DNA from: Escherichia phage vB_EcoM_R5505
Reading direction: 5' to 3' (one strand)
Sequence record: MK373786.1
Length of the DNA stretch: 64,000 nucleotides
Numbering within the stretch: the first letter of the stretch is position 1; every line of letters begins with the position of its first letter. Shown one piece after another: positions 37,105 through 47,285 of this stretch. A program made the position numbers and the translations under genes. The notes below the pieces were generated by a model, which searched no databases, was not told the DNA's origin, and saw only the letters and a program-made list of their open reading frames with translations.

Positions 37105-37455
37105 TTAATATTCTTTTAAAGCATCAATTTGTTCACGGCGTAAACGCCATAAATCAATTGCTTCATAAGCAGATTCAGCATTTCGAATTAGCCGACATTT
37201 ATGTAAAGACTTATGATTTTGATATTGTGTAGATAACGGAATTTTATCTAAAAGGTCTTTACGTTCAAAATATTCGTAACCATCTAAACCAAATGAACGA
37301 TTTTTGAGAAATTGCCAATGACCATATTCGTTTTCGACATAAACATAATCTGCATGCTGATAAAGCAAATTAATTACACGTTCAGAAATAACAGTATCAT
37401 TATGATTAAAATAGAATGTTAAATCATGAACTACTAAATAAACATTACATTTCAT
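37105..37455 (-). CDS. Hypothetical protein, 116 aa
   Basis: Track ORF between tRNA-Arg and the structured RNA region. Confidence 0.45.
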   Translation of the reverse strand: MKCNVYLVVHDLTFYFNHNDTVISERVINLLYQHADYVYVENEYGHWQFLKNRSFGLDGYEYFERKDLLDKIPLSTQYQNHKSLHKCRLIRNAESAYEAIDLWRLRREQIDALKEY

Positions 37456-37473
37456 ATTTTCCTCACTTATAAT

Positions 37474-37549
37474 TGGTCGAGGCAGTAGGGATCGAACCTA
37501 CGACCTAGGACTTAGAAGGTCCTTGCTCTTCCTTCTGAGCTATGCCCCG
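37474..37549 (-). tRNA. tRNA-Arg (anticodon TCT), CCA encoded
   Basis: Hand-folded cloverleaf: acceptor CGGGGCA/TGCCTCG, T-arm GTAGG-TTCGATC-CCTAC, anticodon loop CTTCTAA. Confidence 0.85.
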
Positions 37550-37553
37550 TAAT

Positions 37554-37629
37554 TGGGGTGACCGATGGGAGTCGAACCCATGACTACGAGAATCACAATC
37601 TCGAGTTCTACCAACTGAACTACGGCCAC
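37554..37629 (-). tRNA. tRNA-His (anticodon GTG), CCA encoded
   Basis: Hand-folded: acceptor GTGGCCG/CGGTCAC, D-arm GTTC-AGTTGGTA-GAAC, anticodon loop TTGTGAT, T-arm ATGGG-TTCGACT-CCCAT, discriminator C. Confidence 0.75.
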
Positions 37630-37745
37630 ATTAATACCTACTCCAACAATCAAGATGTCTTCACACGAAATTAAGAGAAGAGTGATCAGTTCAACCCCTA
37701 TAATCGCGTCAAGTAGATATTAATGTGACAGTTGTCACAAATTTG

Positions 37746-37817
37746 GCGGACGTGATAGGATTCGAACCTATAACCAATCGCTTAACAGGCGATCGCTCTG
37801 CCATTGAGCTACACATC
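37746..37817 (-). tRNA. tRNA-Asn (anticodon GTT), CCA not encoded
   Basis: Hand-folded: acceptor GGATGTG/CACGTCC, anticodon stem-loop ATCGC-CTGTTAA-GCGAT, T-arm ATAGG-TTCGAAT-CCTAT. Confidence 0.75.
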
Positions 37818-37821
37818 CAAA

Positions 37822-37908
37822 TTGGTGGGGAGTGGTGGAGTCGAACCACCCGAGTCGCAATGACAATGAATTTACAGTCCACACCGCTACCTCTACGGGA
37901 TAACTCCC
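37822..37908 (-). tRNA. tRNA-Tyr (anticodon GTA), long variable arm, CCA encoded
   Basis: Hand-folded: acceptor GGGGAGT/ACTCCCC, anticodon loop CTGTAAA, long variable arm, T-arm GGTGG-TTCGACT-CCACC. Confidence 0.7.
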
Positions 37909-37917
37909 CAAATTAAT

Positions 37918-37992
37918 TTGGTGGCCCTGGGTGGAATTGAACCACCATCTGGCGATTATGAGTCGCTTGCTTGAACCTTCCAGCTACAGGGC
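37918..37992 (-). tRNA. tRNA with anticodon CAT (Ile2/Met type), CCA encoded
   Basis: Hand-folded: acceptor GGCCCTG/CAGGGCC, anticodon loop CTCATAA, T-arm GGTGG-TTCAATT-CCACC; in T4 the CAU tRNA reads AUA as Ile. Confidence 0.8.
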
Positions 37993-37993
37993 C

Positions 37994-38070
37994 TTGGTGC
38001 TGATTGACGGAATCGAACCGCCGACCTTCTCATTACAAGTGAGTTGCTCTACCTACTGAGCTAAATCAGC
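37994..38070 (-). tRNA. tRNA-Thr (anticodon TGT), CCA encoded
   Basis: Hand-folded: acceptor GCTGATT/AATCAGC, D-arm GCTC-AGTAGGTA-GAGC, anticodon loop CTTGTAA. Confidence 0.85.
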
Positions 38071-38075
38071 AAAAC

Positions 38076-38165
38076 TGGCGGAGGCGATAGGATTTGAACC
38101 TATGAGTCGCCGGAGCGACTGCCGGTTTTCAAGACCGGTGCATTAAACCACTCTGCCACGCCTCC
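38076..38165 (-). tRNA. tRNA-Ser (anticodon TGA), long variable arm, CCA encoded
   Basis: Hand-folded: acceptor GGAGGCG/CGCCTCC, anticodon stem-loop ACCGG-TCTTGAA-AACCGG, long variable arm, T-arm ATAGG-TTCAAAT-CCTAT. Confidence 0.9.
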
Positions 38166-38167
38166 AG

Positions 38168-38241
38168 TCTCCATACAAGGATTTGAACCTTGGACCTCCT
38201 GATCCCAAATCAGGCGCTCTACCAAACTGAGCTACACGGAG
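38168..38241 (-). tRNA. tRNA-Pro (anticodon TGG), CCA not encoded
   Basis: Hand-folded: acceptor CTCCGTG/TATGGAG, D-arm GCTC-AGTTTGGTA-GAGC, anticodon loop TTTGGGA. Confidence 0.85.
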
Positions 38242-38251
38242 TAAATTAAAT

Positions 38252-38325
<74 letters not shown>

Positions 38326-38330
38326 AAATT

Positions 38331-38417
38331 TGGTGCGAGAAGTGGGACTCGAACCCACAAGGAAATCATTCCGCAGCATTTTAAGTGCTGTGCCTTTACC
38401 AATTTGACCATTCTCGC
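38331..38417 (-). tRNA. tRNA-Leu (anticodon TAA), long variable arm, CCA encoded
   Basis: Hand-folded: acceptor GCGAGAA/TTCTCGC, anticodon stem-loop CAGCA-CTTAAAA-TGCTG, T-arm GTGGG-TTCGAGT-CCCAC. Confidence 0.85.
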
Positions 38418-38418
38418 G

Positions 38419-38491
38419 CTGGGAATAAAGGACTCGAACCTTTGCATCTAGCAGTCAAAGTGCTATGCCTTACCAACTTGGCTAATTCCCA
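38419..38491 (-). tRNA. tRNA-Gln (anticodon TTG), CCA not encoded
   Basis: Hand-folded: acceptor TGGGAAT/ATTCCCA, D-arm GCC-AAGTTGGTA-AGGC, anticodon stem-loop TAGCA-CTTTGAC-TGCTA. Confidence 0.85.
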
Positions 38492-38577
38492 ATTATTAAC
38501 AAAGGCTCTCAAACAAGAACCCTTGATGATAGAGGGTATTAATCAGTGCGGTATGAGTTAATAATAACAAATAATTC

Positions 38578-39093
38578 TTAAAGCAAATTAAACATTTTAA
38601 CGGTCGGCAAAACAATTTCTTCTTCTATATAAGAGTATTTAACACTCTCAACTACACGCAAAAAATCATAATCATAATACTCAGAAGCATTACCTAAAAT
38701 ATTAATAAGTCCTTCAAGCACTTTATTACCATTCACAAAGAATAAGTCAAATACGCGTTCTTCGTCTTCTTCGGATTTATTACCAAGGTCAACTTCTATA
38801 TCAAAGACCTTTTTAATGAATTCTGGATAAAGTTGTTCTGAGAACAGTCCTTCAACCAAGTATTCATAAATAAAAAGCGATTGCTCGCTGAACAAGCCAT
38901 TACCACAATAACGTTCAGCTTTAGTACTAGAATGTCTACTTTTAAACTTCTTTAAAAGATATTGAAATTGTAAGATTTCATGCTCTTCTACGCCAAACAG
39001 TGTTTTAGTTTTATAGTTGTCACCATCATTTTCCCAGGTAGTGACATCAATTACGTAACCCTGTGGAATTGTAGTACCTAAACAAATATTCAT
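38578..39093 (-). CDS. Hypothetical protein, 171 aa
   Basis: Track ORF upstream of the tRNA cluster. Confidence 0.5.
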   Translation of the reverse strand: MNICLGTTIPQGYVIDVTTWENDGDNYKTKTLFGVEEHEILQFQYLLKKFKSRHSSTKAERYCGNGLFSEQSLFIYEYLVEGLFSEQLYPEFIKKVFDIEVDLGNKSEEDEERVFDLFFVNGNKVLEGLINILGNASEYYDYDFLRVVESVKYSYIEEEIVLPTVKMFNLL

Positions 39094-39383
39094 TTGCTCA
39101 CCATATTAATGTAAGTATATTCAATACATTCAAGACCCAAAGGATTCTTGAAAATATCATATTCAAGAGGACCTTTTTCCGTTTCAATAAAGAAATCAAA
39201 ATTTACTGTATTAAATTTACGGTCTTCCTTCACTAATTTAACCTGAGAAGATGAACGGTCAATGTAAACCTTTTCAACTTCAAAACATGTTAAAATGCCA
39301 TAATCATCAATCAAGGCTTTAGCTGCTTCTTGATCATATTTATATCCATTTTCAATGGATGATACTTTAGCATAAAGAATCAT
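39090..39383 (-). CDS. Hypothetical protein, 97 aa
   Basis: Track ORF. Confidence 0.45.
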   Translation of the reverse strand: MILYAKVSSIENGYKYDQEAAKALIDDYGILTCFEVEKVYIDRSSSQVKLVKEDRKFNTVNFDFFIETEKGPLEYDIFKNPLGLECIEYTYINMVSK

Positions 39384-39385
39384 TA

Positions 39386-39796
39386 TCAGCCTCTATCAAC
39401 GATAGCATGAGTATGGGCATTTACGATTTGCCACCAGTCGAAACGATTGGAACCATAATCTGGTTTATTTTCATTTTCTTTAATGATATCACGCAGTTTA
39501 TCTTCTGTTTCAGCATACGCAATTAAATCATCATATCCGCCACAAGGATAATAATTATCACCTGCGAATAAAAGAAAATTTACCTTAGATGGATTTACGT
39601 AATAATGGTCTTTAGGATATTTAGTTCCTCTCCAATCAGTTACTTCAACATAACGGTAAGAAAATCCATTTTTACTTTCAATCCAACTCCACGCTTCAAA
39701 AGGAGTATTAAAAACTTTATCAGGTATTAAATTACCTTCAAAATGAGAAGGATTTGCATAATCCCCGGCATAAACATAATATTCGTTAATACTCAT
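39386..39796 (-). CDS. Hypothetical protein, 136 aa
   Basis: Track ORF. Confidence 0.5.
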   Translation of the reverse strand: MSINEYYVYAGDYANPSHFEGNLIPDKVFNTPFEAWSWIESKNGFSYRYVEVTDWRGTKYPKDHYYVNPSKVNFLLFAGDNYYPCGGYDDLIAYAETEDKLRDIIKENENKPDYGSNRFDWWQIVNAHTHAIVDRG

Positions 39797-39982
39797 TTAT
39801 TCACCTTTAGAAATTTTATCCATAACAATAGCAATTAAACCAATTAAAAATGCTACTACAAGTGAAAACACATTTTCTGCTGTAGTCAATAATCCACATA
39901 TAAATCCAACAAACATTGAAAAACTAAAAGCGGAAGCAGAAATTGCAATAGCAACATTTCGAATTAATTCACAACGTTTCAT
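39797..39982 (-). CDS. Small membrane protein, 61 aa
   Basis: Two hydrophobic segments; downstream of early promoter 40011-40040. Confidence 0.4.
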   Translation of the reverse strand: MKRCELIRNVAIAISASAFSFSMFVGFICGLLTTAENVFSLVVAFLIGLIAIVMDKISKGE

Positions 39983-40010
39983 TTTATTCTCCTCAGTAGT
40001 AGATAGGGTA

Positions 40011-40040
40011 ATAGTATCACTACCCTATCTAAAAGTAAAC
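40011..40040 (-). promoter_or_regulatory. Early-type promoter (variant cassette GTGATACTATTACC)
   Basis: Minus strand GTTTAC-N18-TACTAT with flanking inverted repeat. Confidence 0.5.
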
Positions 40041-40274
40041 TTATTTTTTACGAAAAATTGATTTATATTTATCAGCCCATTTCTCGATGACTTTTTCTGG
40101 TCCATAGATAACAAAATAATCACCAAACTCTTCACCACCGAGTTGACCGAAATTATCTAATGCATCACGAAGAACTCCATGAGGCATTTCGCCCATTTTA
40201 TCTTTCTTACCAATGTAAATAAACTCAACTTTTACATCAGCAGCTTCAGCAATAAATTCTTGATACGTTTTCAT
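40041..40274 (-). CDS. Internal-protein-like small protein with capsid-targeting leader, about 77 aa
   Basis: Track ORF 40041..40292 begins at a GTG; real start placed at ATG 40272-40274 giving MKTYQEFIAEAADVK with GGAG upstream. Confidence 0.6.
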   Translation of the reverse strand: MKTYQEFIAEAADVKVEFIYIGKKDKMGEMPHGVLRDALDNFGQLGGEEFGDYFVIYGPEKVIEKWADKYKSIFRKK

Positions 40275-40310
40275 TTTATTCTCCAATTTCACATTTGTTT
40301 TGATAGGGTA

Positions 40311-40340
40311 ATAGTATCACTACTAAAACCCCGTGTAAAC
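40311..40340 (-). promoter_or_regulatory. Early-type promoter (variant cassette) upstream of the 77-aa internal-protein-like gene
   Basis: Minus strand GTTTACACGGGGTTTTAGTAGTGATACTAT. Confidence 0.5.
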
Positions 40341-40359
40341 AACTTTGTGAAATTGTTTA

Positions 40360-40647
40360 TTACAAAAGATTTTTAGCAATAATCTTGAGATGTGCTGCAG
40401 AAATGTGTTTAGCTTTAAACAACGCAGTTTCTTCGGCAGGAGAGATAACGATTGTAGCACCATCCTTTTTAGCAGACCACCCATCACCTAGGTAAACAGT
40501 ACCTTTGATTTCTTCGCCATCAACCAGACTAATCATTGGTTTACCTTCTCGTCCTTTATTTGCTTTAATAACTTCAGAAGTAAGAGTAGCTTCGGTAATG
40601 GTAGAAACCGGGGTAGTTGTAGAAGTAAATTCTTTAAATGTTTTCAT
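40360..40647 (-). CDS. ipI: Internal protein I precursor (19-aa leader plus 76-aa mature), 95 aa
   Basis: 95 aa; leader MKTFKEFTSTTTPVSTITE ending in a prohead-protease-type site; position adjacent to 57B as in T4. Confidence 0.7.
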   Translation of the reverse strand: MKTFKEFTSTTTPVSTITEATLTSEVIKANKGREGKPMISLVDGEEIKGTVYLGDGWSAKKDGATIVISPAEETALFKAKHISAAHLKIIAKNLL

Positions 40648-40677
40648 TTTATTTTCCTAATTAATTTTGATGAGATA

Positions 40678-40708
40678 ATAGTATCACTACCTCATCAGTA
40701 TGTAAACA
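40678..40708 (-). promoter_or_regulatory. Early-type promoter (variant cassette) upstream of ipI
   Basis: Minus strand GTTTAC-N19-TACTAT. Confidence 0.45.
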
Positions 40709-40719
40709 ACTTTGTGAAA

Positions 40720-41416
<697 letters not shown>

Positions 41417-41417
<1 letters not shown>

Positions 41418-42142
41418 TATAGTACCTTTAGTGTATTTTTAATTTTAGAAAAAAGTTCTTCAAGAGAACCATCGTTTGTAATTACTAAATCGCCATCACG
41501 AATTGGCAATCCAGCTTCTGTAATATGTGTATCATTGGATTTTTGACCAGGACGAACTACATGAATTACTGTAGCACCCATCGCCCTAGCCGCATCCATT
41601 TCATGATCTTGACGGGTATCAGGAACGATATAATAATCATAACCTGAGTTAAATTTATCAAGATAATCTAAAGCAAATAATTTTACCCAGTACATGCGGT
41701 CGAAGTTATTAACAATCAAATCCGTACCTAGGGCTTGCATCAGACGACGGACTGACCATTGATCTTCAATATTATTTATAACGTCAGTAATTTTGTTAAA
41801 TGCTACGAAATTAACTGATTCTTTTCCTTCGTCATCAAAAACAAACACACCTTTAATTGGGCTTTTACCATTAAGATAGCAAAATGCTTGTTCCATAATC
41901 GTGATTACTTCTAATTTAGTCAGATTTAAATTAGTCTCACGATCATAGTCAATTCCTTCAAACTCTTTACGAGTTAAGCAAGGATAGTCAGTGTTTGCTG
42001 CAAATACTCCCCATGCATAAGCCAATGCATCCTTAATAGGACCAGCAAGTTGGTATTTAACTGCAGAATAATTGCTCATGATAAAATCAGCAGTAGTATC
42101 TTTTCCACTACGCTTTACACCGCTTAAAAAGATTAGTTTCAT
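41417..42142 (-). CDS. 1: Deoxynucleoside monophosphate kinase gp1, 241 aa
   Basis: Start placed at MKLIFLSGVKRSGKDTTADF (P-loop) within track ORF 41417..42181. Confidence 0.9.
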
Positions 42143-42191
42143 GTGTTTCTCCTCAAATTTAATTAAGATTATAACACACAAAACTGAAGCA

Positions 42192-42722
42192 TTAAACTTC
42201 TGCTATAATTTTACCATCTTTTTCTACTTGAAAATAGGTGTAAGGAATCGTAGCTGTACATACTAAAGCCGGGTCTGAATCTTCTGTGTAGCTAAATTCT
42301 ACTTCAGATAGGTCAGAAACCCAAGGCTTATAAAAATTTATTGACATCACGATTTCAGTTTTGCTATTATCTAAGATGTAAAGCGTAATGTACTCAGGAC
42401 CTGTTTTTTGGGCAGTATTTTCACCTGTAAGATAGTTACTAGTTCCTAGCATCCATTCATACATTCCTATCCACGACTTAAGTTCTTCATCAACTATAAA
42501 TCTCACAATGAGTGGATCGTATTCAAATGTAACACCTGGTCGTTGTGCTCGGCCAAGTCCAAACGGCCCAGTCACGGTATCAGTAACAGGTATTCTAATT
42601 CCTGGAATAGGAACTGACTGAGCATTTAAAGTAAAAGCAGATGTAGTATTACTATGTGGTATTGATACTACAAAGTTAGTTGTATTTGCTTGGTTAAAAA
42701 TTTGTTGCAGAGCTTGCGACAT
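42192..42722 (-). CDS. 3: Tail completion / sheath stabiliser gp3, 176 aa
   Basis: Start placed at internal MSQALQQIFNQANTTNF within track ORF 42192..42803 to give 176 aa. Confidence 0.8.
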   Translation of the reverse strand: MSQALQQIFNQANTTNFVVSIPHSNTTSAFTLNAQSVPIPGIRIPVTDTVTGPFGLGRAQRPGVTFEYDPLIVRFIVDEELKSWIGMYEWMLGTSNYLTGENTAQKTGPEYITLYILDNSKTEIVMSINFYKPWVSDLSEVEFSYTEDSDPALVCTATIPYTYFQVEKDGKIIAEV

Positions 42723-42828
42723 ATATTCCTCATAATGCTTTATAACTGTTGGTGGTATAATGGGTCTAAGTCCCTTCCATTCAATTCCATTTAGAACAAA
42801 CAACAGAAAAGAATGGAAGATAATAGAA

Positions 42829-43653
42829 TTAGATATTTGACCAGACTTTGTTTGCAGAGAAACGTTTTCCTTTTGAAACGAACTGCTGAAGTGGCATCAA
42901 CACAACGTTCGCCCAGTCTTTCGGGGCGATTTCAACAAGGCTACCCATAATATTACCGGGTATATATGCCTTAATCATTTGGTCTGCACCCCTAAATCCT
43001 TTCACTTGACTCCAATCAATTTTTAATTTCGTTTTATTAGTAATAGTAGGTGTATTTGAATATTGCTTTAAAAGCTCTTCTAGAAATTGCTGACGAGCTT
43101 TAGGTGGAATATAGTGCAAGTTCAATCCGTACATTAAATTATGCTTACCTAAACCAAGGTAAATTATCAAAGGAAATTTATCCCAGTAAGGAAGAGTTTC
43201 CTTGTGTTTAGCATCATAAGCAAAAGCATATATTCGTCCCGGCTGCGGGCGAACAACTTTATGTCCTTTTACTTGCTTAATAGTTTCAGCAAACCACTTT
43301 CTGGTTTTATTATTAATTGCTGCACCTTCATTACGAATTTTATCGCGCAATGTTTGTCTGAATGAATTTATCATAAGCAGTTGTCTTTCTTGCTTATTGA
43401 GCTTATTCATTGGTTTTGATTCAAGCTTTTGAATCTTTTCAGCTGTTTTAATTCCTGAAGCATATTTTGACATTGCCGAAGTAAACGTAGAGTATTTGAT
43501 TCCTCTTTCTTCAGCAAATTGCTTTCCTGTCATTCCTTTTGCTTTGGCCTTTTTGTATTCAAGACCTATTTGAATCCATTTCTTTTCGTTTAATGATTGC
43601 TTAACCTTTGGAACTTGGGGAGTGCTTTCATTAATTATTTGAAAAATAGCCAT
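42829..43653 (-). CDS. 2: DNA end-protector protein gp2, 274 aa
   Basis: 274-aa ORF; position between genes 3 and 4. Confidence 0.85.
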   Translation of the reverse strand: MAIFQIINESTPQVPKVKQSLNEKKWIQIGLEYKKAKAKGMTGKQFAEERGIKYSTFTSAMSKYASGIKTAEKIQKLESKPMNKLNKQERQLLMINSFRQTLRDKIRNEGAAINNKTRKWFAETIKQVKGHKVVRPQPGRIYAFAYDAKHKETLPYWDKFPLIIYLGLGKHNLMYGLNLHYIPPKARQQFLEELLKQYSNTPTITNKTKLKIDWSQVKGFRGADQMIKAYIPGNIMGSLVEIAPKDWANVVLMPLQQFVSKGKRFSANKVWSNI

Positions 43654-44105
43654 TATGCCCCCTTAAAGCCAAGAGCTCGTAATCCATCTTCTGTTAGAAT
43701 TCTAAATTTTATTCCACGCTTTTCAGCTAAAGCTTGCGCTGCTTTCCATTTGTCGGTATTAACAGAATATGTATAAATTTCATTCATAAATCTTTTCTTC
43801 GCTGCGGTTGTTAGATGTGCTGGTTTAACCGGTGGTTGTGTTTCTTTTTTAGGTTTTATTTCAATAAAAAATTCTTGCCCAGAAGAATCTTTCATCCAAA
43901 TATCCATGAAGTATCTACGTTTTTTCCCTTCTGCATTACAAAAATAAGGAATTACTGCTGTTTCACTACCCCATGCAATAATTTCTGGATTTTTATCTAA
44001 CCATTCAAAAAAGAATTTTTCCCAATTTGATCTATACGTAATTTTTTTAGGGTCACCTCTATACTTTGATATATTTTTAGGAACCCATTTTCCAGAATAT
44101 GCCAT
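43653..44105 (-). CDS. 4: Head completion protein gp4, 150 aa
   Basis: 150-aa ORF; ATGA overlap with gene 2; minus-strand TATAAATA late promoter upstream. Confidence 0.85.
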   Translation of the reverse strand: MAYSGKWVPKNISKYRGDPKKITYRSNWEKFFFEWLDKNPEIIAWGSETAVIPYFCNAEGKKRRYFMDIWMKDSSGQEFFIEIKPKKETQPPVKPAHLTTAAKKRFMNEIYTYSVNTDKWKAAQALAEKRGIKFRILTEDGLRALGFKGA

Positions 44106-44115
44106 TGGATTCTCC

Positions 44116-44123
44116 TTATAAAT
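44116..44123 (+). promoter_or_regulatory. Late promoter core TATAAATA for gene 53
   Basis: Exact TATAAATA about 30 nt upstream of gene 53 start. Confidence 0.6.
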
Positions 44124-44130
44124 AGATAAT

Positions 44131-44138
44131 ATATTTAT
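44131..44138 (-). promoter_or_regulatory. Late promoter core TATAAATA for gene 4
   Basis: Exact TATAAATA on minus strand about 25 nt upstream of gene 4 start; divergent from the gene 53 promoter. Confidence 0.55.
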
Positions 44139-44152
44139 AAACAGGAGGGCCC

Positions 44153-44743
44153 ATGCTCTTTACATTTTTTGATCCGATTGAATATGCGGCCAAAACGGTG
44201 AATAAAAACGCGCCGACTATTCCTATGACAGATATTTTTAGAAACTATAAAGACTATTTTAAACGCGCTCTTGCGGGATACCGCTTACGTACTTATTATA
44301 TTAAAGGTTCACCACGCCCGGAAGAATTAGCAAATACTATATATGGAAATCCACAGTTGTATTGGGTTTTATTGATGTGTAATGATAATTATGATCCGTA
44401 TTATGGATGGATTACTTCACAAGAAGCTGCTTATCAAGCATCTATACAAAAATACAAAAATGTGGGTGGAGACCAGATAGTATATCATGTGAATGAGAAC
44501 GGTGAAAAATTTTATAATTTAATATCATACGATGATAATCCATATGTTTGGTATGACAAAGGTGATAAAGCTAGAAAATATCCTCAATATGAAGGAGCAC
44601 TTGCTGCGGTCGATACGTATGAAGCTGCTGTTCTTGAAAATGAAAAACTTCGTCAAATAAAAATAATAGCAAAATCCGACATTAATTCATTTATGAACGA
44701 CCTTATACGTATAATGGAGAAATCTTATGGAAATGATAAGTAA
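44153..44743 (+). CDS. 53: Baseplate wedge protein gp53, 196 aa
   Basis: 196-aa ORF preceded by plus-strand TATAAATA at 44116-44123. Confidence 0.9.
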   Translation: MLFTFFDPIEYAAKTVNKNAPTIPMTDIFRNYKDYFKRALAGYRLRTYYIKGSPRPEELANTIYGNPQLYWVLLMCNDNYDPYYGWITSQEAAYQASIQKYKNVGGDQIVYHVNENGEKFYNLISYDDNPYVWYDKGDKARKYPQYEGALAAVDTYEAAVLENEKLRQIKIIAKSDINSFMNDLIRIMEKSYGNDK

Positions 44744-46454
44744 TAACCTTAATTGGTTTGTTGGTGTTGTTGAAGATAGAATGGACCCATTAAAATTAGG
44801 TCGTGTTCGTGTTCGTGTGGTTGGTTTGCATCCACCCCAAAGAGCACAAGGTGATGTAATGGGTATTCCAACTGAAAAATTACCATGGATGTCAGTTATT
44901 CAACCTATAACTTCTGCAGCGATGTCAGGAATTGGAGGTTCTGTTACAGGGCCAGTAGAAGGAACTAGAGTTTATGGTCATTTTTTAGACAAATGGAAAA
45001 CTAACGGAATTGTCCTTGGCACATATGGTGGAATAGTTCGCGAAAAACCGAATAGACTTGAAGGATTTTCTGACCCAACTGGGCAGTATCCTAGACGTTT
45101 AGGAAATGATACGAACGTATTAAACCAAGGCGGAGAAGTAGGATATGATTCGTCTTCTAATATTATCCAAGATAGTAATCTAGACACTGCGATAAATCCC
45201 GATGATAGACCACTATCAGAGATTCCAACCGATGATAATCCAAATATGTCAATGGCTGAAATGCTTCGCCGTGATGAAGGATTAAGATTAAAAGTTTATT
45301 GGGATACCGAAGGATATCCGACAATTGGTATTGGTCATCTTATCATGAAGCAGCCAGTTCGTGATATGGCTCAAATTAATAAAGTTTTATCAAAACAAGT
45401 TGGTCGTGAAATTACAGGAAATCCAGGTTCTATTACAATGGAAGAGGCGACGACTTTATTTGAGCGTGATTTGGCTGATATGCAACGTGACATTAAATCG
45501 CATTCTAAAGTAGGACCAGTCTGGCAAGCTGTTAACCGTTCTCGTCAAATGGCATTAGAAAATATGGCATTTCAGATGGGTGTTGGTGGTGTAGCTAAAT
45601 TTAACACAATGTTAACTGCTATGTTAGCCGGAGATTGGGAAAAAGCATATAAAGCTGGTCGTGATTCATTGTGGTATCAACAAACAAAAGGCCGTGCATC
45701 CCGTGTTACCATGATTATTCTTACGGGAAATTTGGAATCATATGGTGTTGAAGTGAAAACCCCAGCTAGGTCTCTATCAGCAATGGCTGCTACTGTAGCT
45801 AAATCTTCTGACCCTGCTGATCCTCCTATTCCAAATGACTCGAGAATTTTATTCAAAGAACCAGTTTCTTCATATAAAGGTGAGTATCCTTATGTGCATA
45901 CAATGGAAACTGAAAGCGGACATATTCAGGAATTTGATGATACCCCTGGGCAAGAACGATACAGATTAGTTCATCCAACTGGAACTTATGAAGAAGTATC
46001 ACCGTCAGGAAGAAGAACAAGAAAAACTGTTGATAATTTGTATGATATAACCAACGCTGATGGTAATTTTTTGGTAGCCGGTGATAAAAAGACTAACGTC
46101 GGTGGTTCAGAAATTTATTATAACATGGATAATCGTCTTCACCAAATAGATGGAAGCAATACAATATTTGTACGTGGCGATGAAACTAAGACGGTTGAAG
46201 GTAATGGAACTATCCTAGTCAAAGGTAATGTTACTATTGTAGTTGAAGGCAATGCTGACATTACAGTTAAAGGAGATGCTACCACTTTAGTTGAAGGTAA
46301 TCAAACTAATACAGTAAATGGAAATCTTTCTTGGAAAGTTGCTGGGACAGTTGATTGGGACGTTGGCGGTGATTGGACAGAAAAAATGGCATCTATGAGT
46401 TCTATTTCATCTGGTCAATACACAATTGATGGATCGAGGATTGACATTGGCTAA
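44727..46454 (+). CDS. 5: Baseplate hub / cell-puncturing protein with lysozyme domain gp5, 575 aa
   Basis: 575 aa; N-terminal OB domain, central lysozyme domain (MAEMLRRDEGLRLKVYWDTEGYPTIGIGHL) paralogous to gene e, C-terminal VxGxxxxx beta-helix repeats. Confidence 0.97.
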   Translation: MEMISNNLNWFVGVVEDRMDPLKLGRVRVRVVGLHPPQRAQGDVMGIPTEKLPWMSVIQPITSAAMSGIGGSVTGPVEGTRVYGHFLDKWKTNGIVLGTYGGIVREKPNRLEGFSDPTGQYPRRLGNDTNVLNQGGEVGYDSSSNIIQDSNLDTAINPDDRPLSEIPTDDNPNMSMAEMLRRDEGLRLKVYWDTEGYPTIGIGHLIMKQPVRDMAQINKVLSKQVGREITGNPGSITMEEATTLFERDLADMQRDIKSHSKVGPVWQAVNRSRQMALENMAFQMGVGGVAKFNTMLTAMLAGDWEKAYKAGRDSLWYQQTKGRASRVTMIILTGNLESYGVEVKTPARSLSAMAATVAKSSDPADPPIPNDSRILFKEPVSSYKGEYPYVHTMETESGHIQEFDDTPGQERYRLVHPTGTYEEVSPSGRRTRKTVDNLYDITNADGNFLVAGDKKTNVGGSEIYYNMDNRLHQIDGSNTIFVRGDETKTVEGNGTILVKGNVTIVVEGNADITVKGDATTLVEGNQTNTVNGNLSWKVAGTVDWDVGGDWTEKMASMSSISSGQYTIDGSRIDIG

Positions 46455-46464
46455 TATACTTCCA

Positions 46465-46983
46465 ATGAGCGCTGATTTAGGAGAATCCATGGAAGGTTCT
46501 TCTATCGACGTCACCTTTACCGCTCAATTAGAAACAGGTGAAACGTTAGTATCTATAAATATAACTAGTTACGAAGAAACTCCTGGAGTTTTAGTAGAAG
46601 AAAATCGCTTATATGGAACATATGAATCTGTATTTGGTTTCGGAAATGACGCGTTGAAATATCGTTTAGGCGATGAATTTAAAACTGCTGCTTCATGGGA
46701 AGAACTTCCTACTGATTCTGATACTCAGTTGTATTTGTGGAAAGCTCCTCAAAATCTCCAGAAGACATTCACTTACGAAGTAACATTAATATATGACTAC
46801 CAAGAACAAAGTGAATCTGGAGGTTCTGGCAGTAATTCTAGGTCATCTTCTGATACTACTGAACCGGCAGATCCTCCTGCTCCAGTAAGAAAAACTCTCG
46901 TTAAAAATTATACTAAAACTATAGTTGGAAATTGGAGTCGTTGGGCTAATAAACTGAGAAGCTATGTGTATGAGAGGCCATAA
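46465..46983 (+). CDS. Hypothetical protein (5.1 position), about 172 aa
   Basis: Track ORF 46426..46983 trimmed to an internal Met beyond the gene 5 stop; start uncertain. Confidence 0.5.
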
Positions 46984-47277
46984 ATGTCAGGATTAAGTTA
47001 TGATAAGTGTGTTACTGCTGGCCATGAAGCGTGGCCTCCAACAGTTGTGAATGCTACACAAAGTAAAGTATTCACTGGAGGAATTGCTGTTCTCGTAGCA
47101 GGCGATCCAATTACAGAACATACAGAAATTAAAAAGCCATATGAAACACATGGCGGAGTGACACAACCCAGAACTTCTAAAGTATATGTCACTGGAAAGA
47201 AAGCTGTTCAAATGGCTGATCCAATATCATGCGGTGATACTGTGGCTCAGGCATCATCTAAAGTATTCATTAAATAG
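46984..47277 (+). CDS. 5.4: PAAR-repeat spike-tip protein gp5.4, 97 aa
   Basis: 97-aa ORF with PAAR-like motifs ([21 protein letters not shown]). Confidence 0.85.
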
Positions 47278-47285
47278 GATTTAAA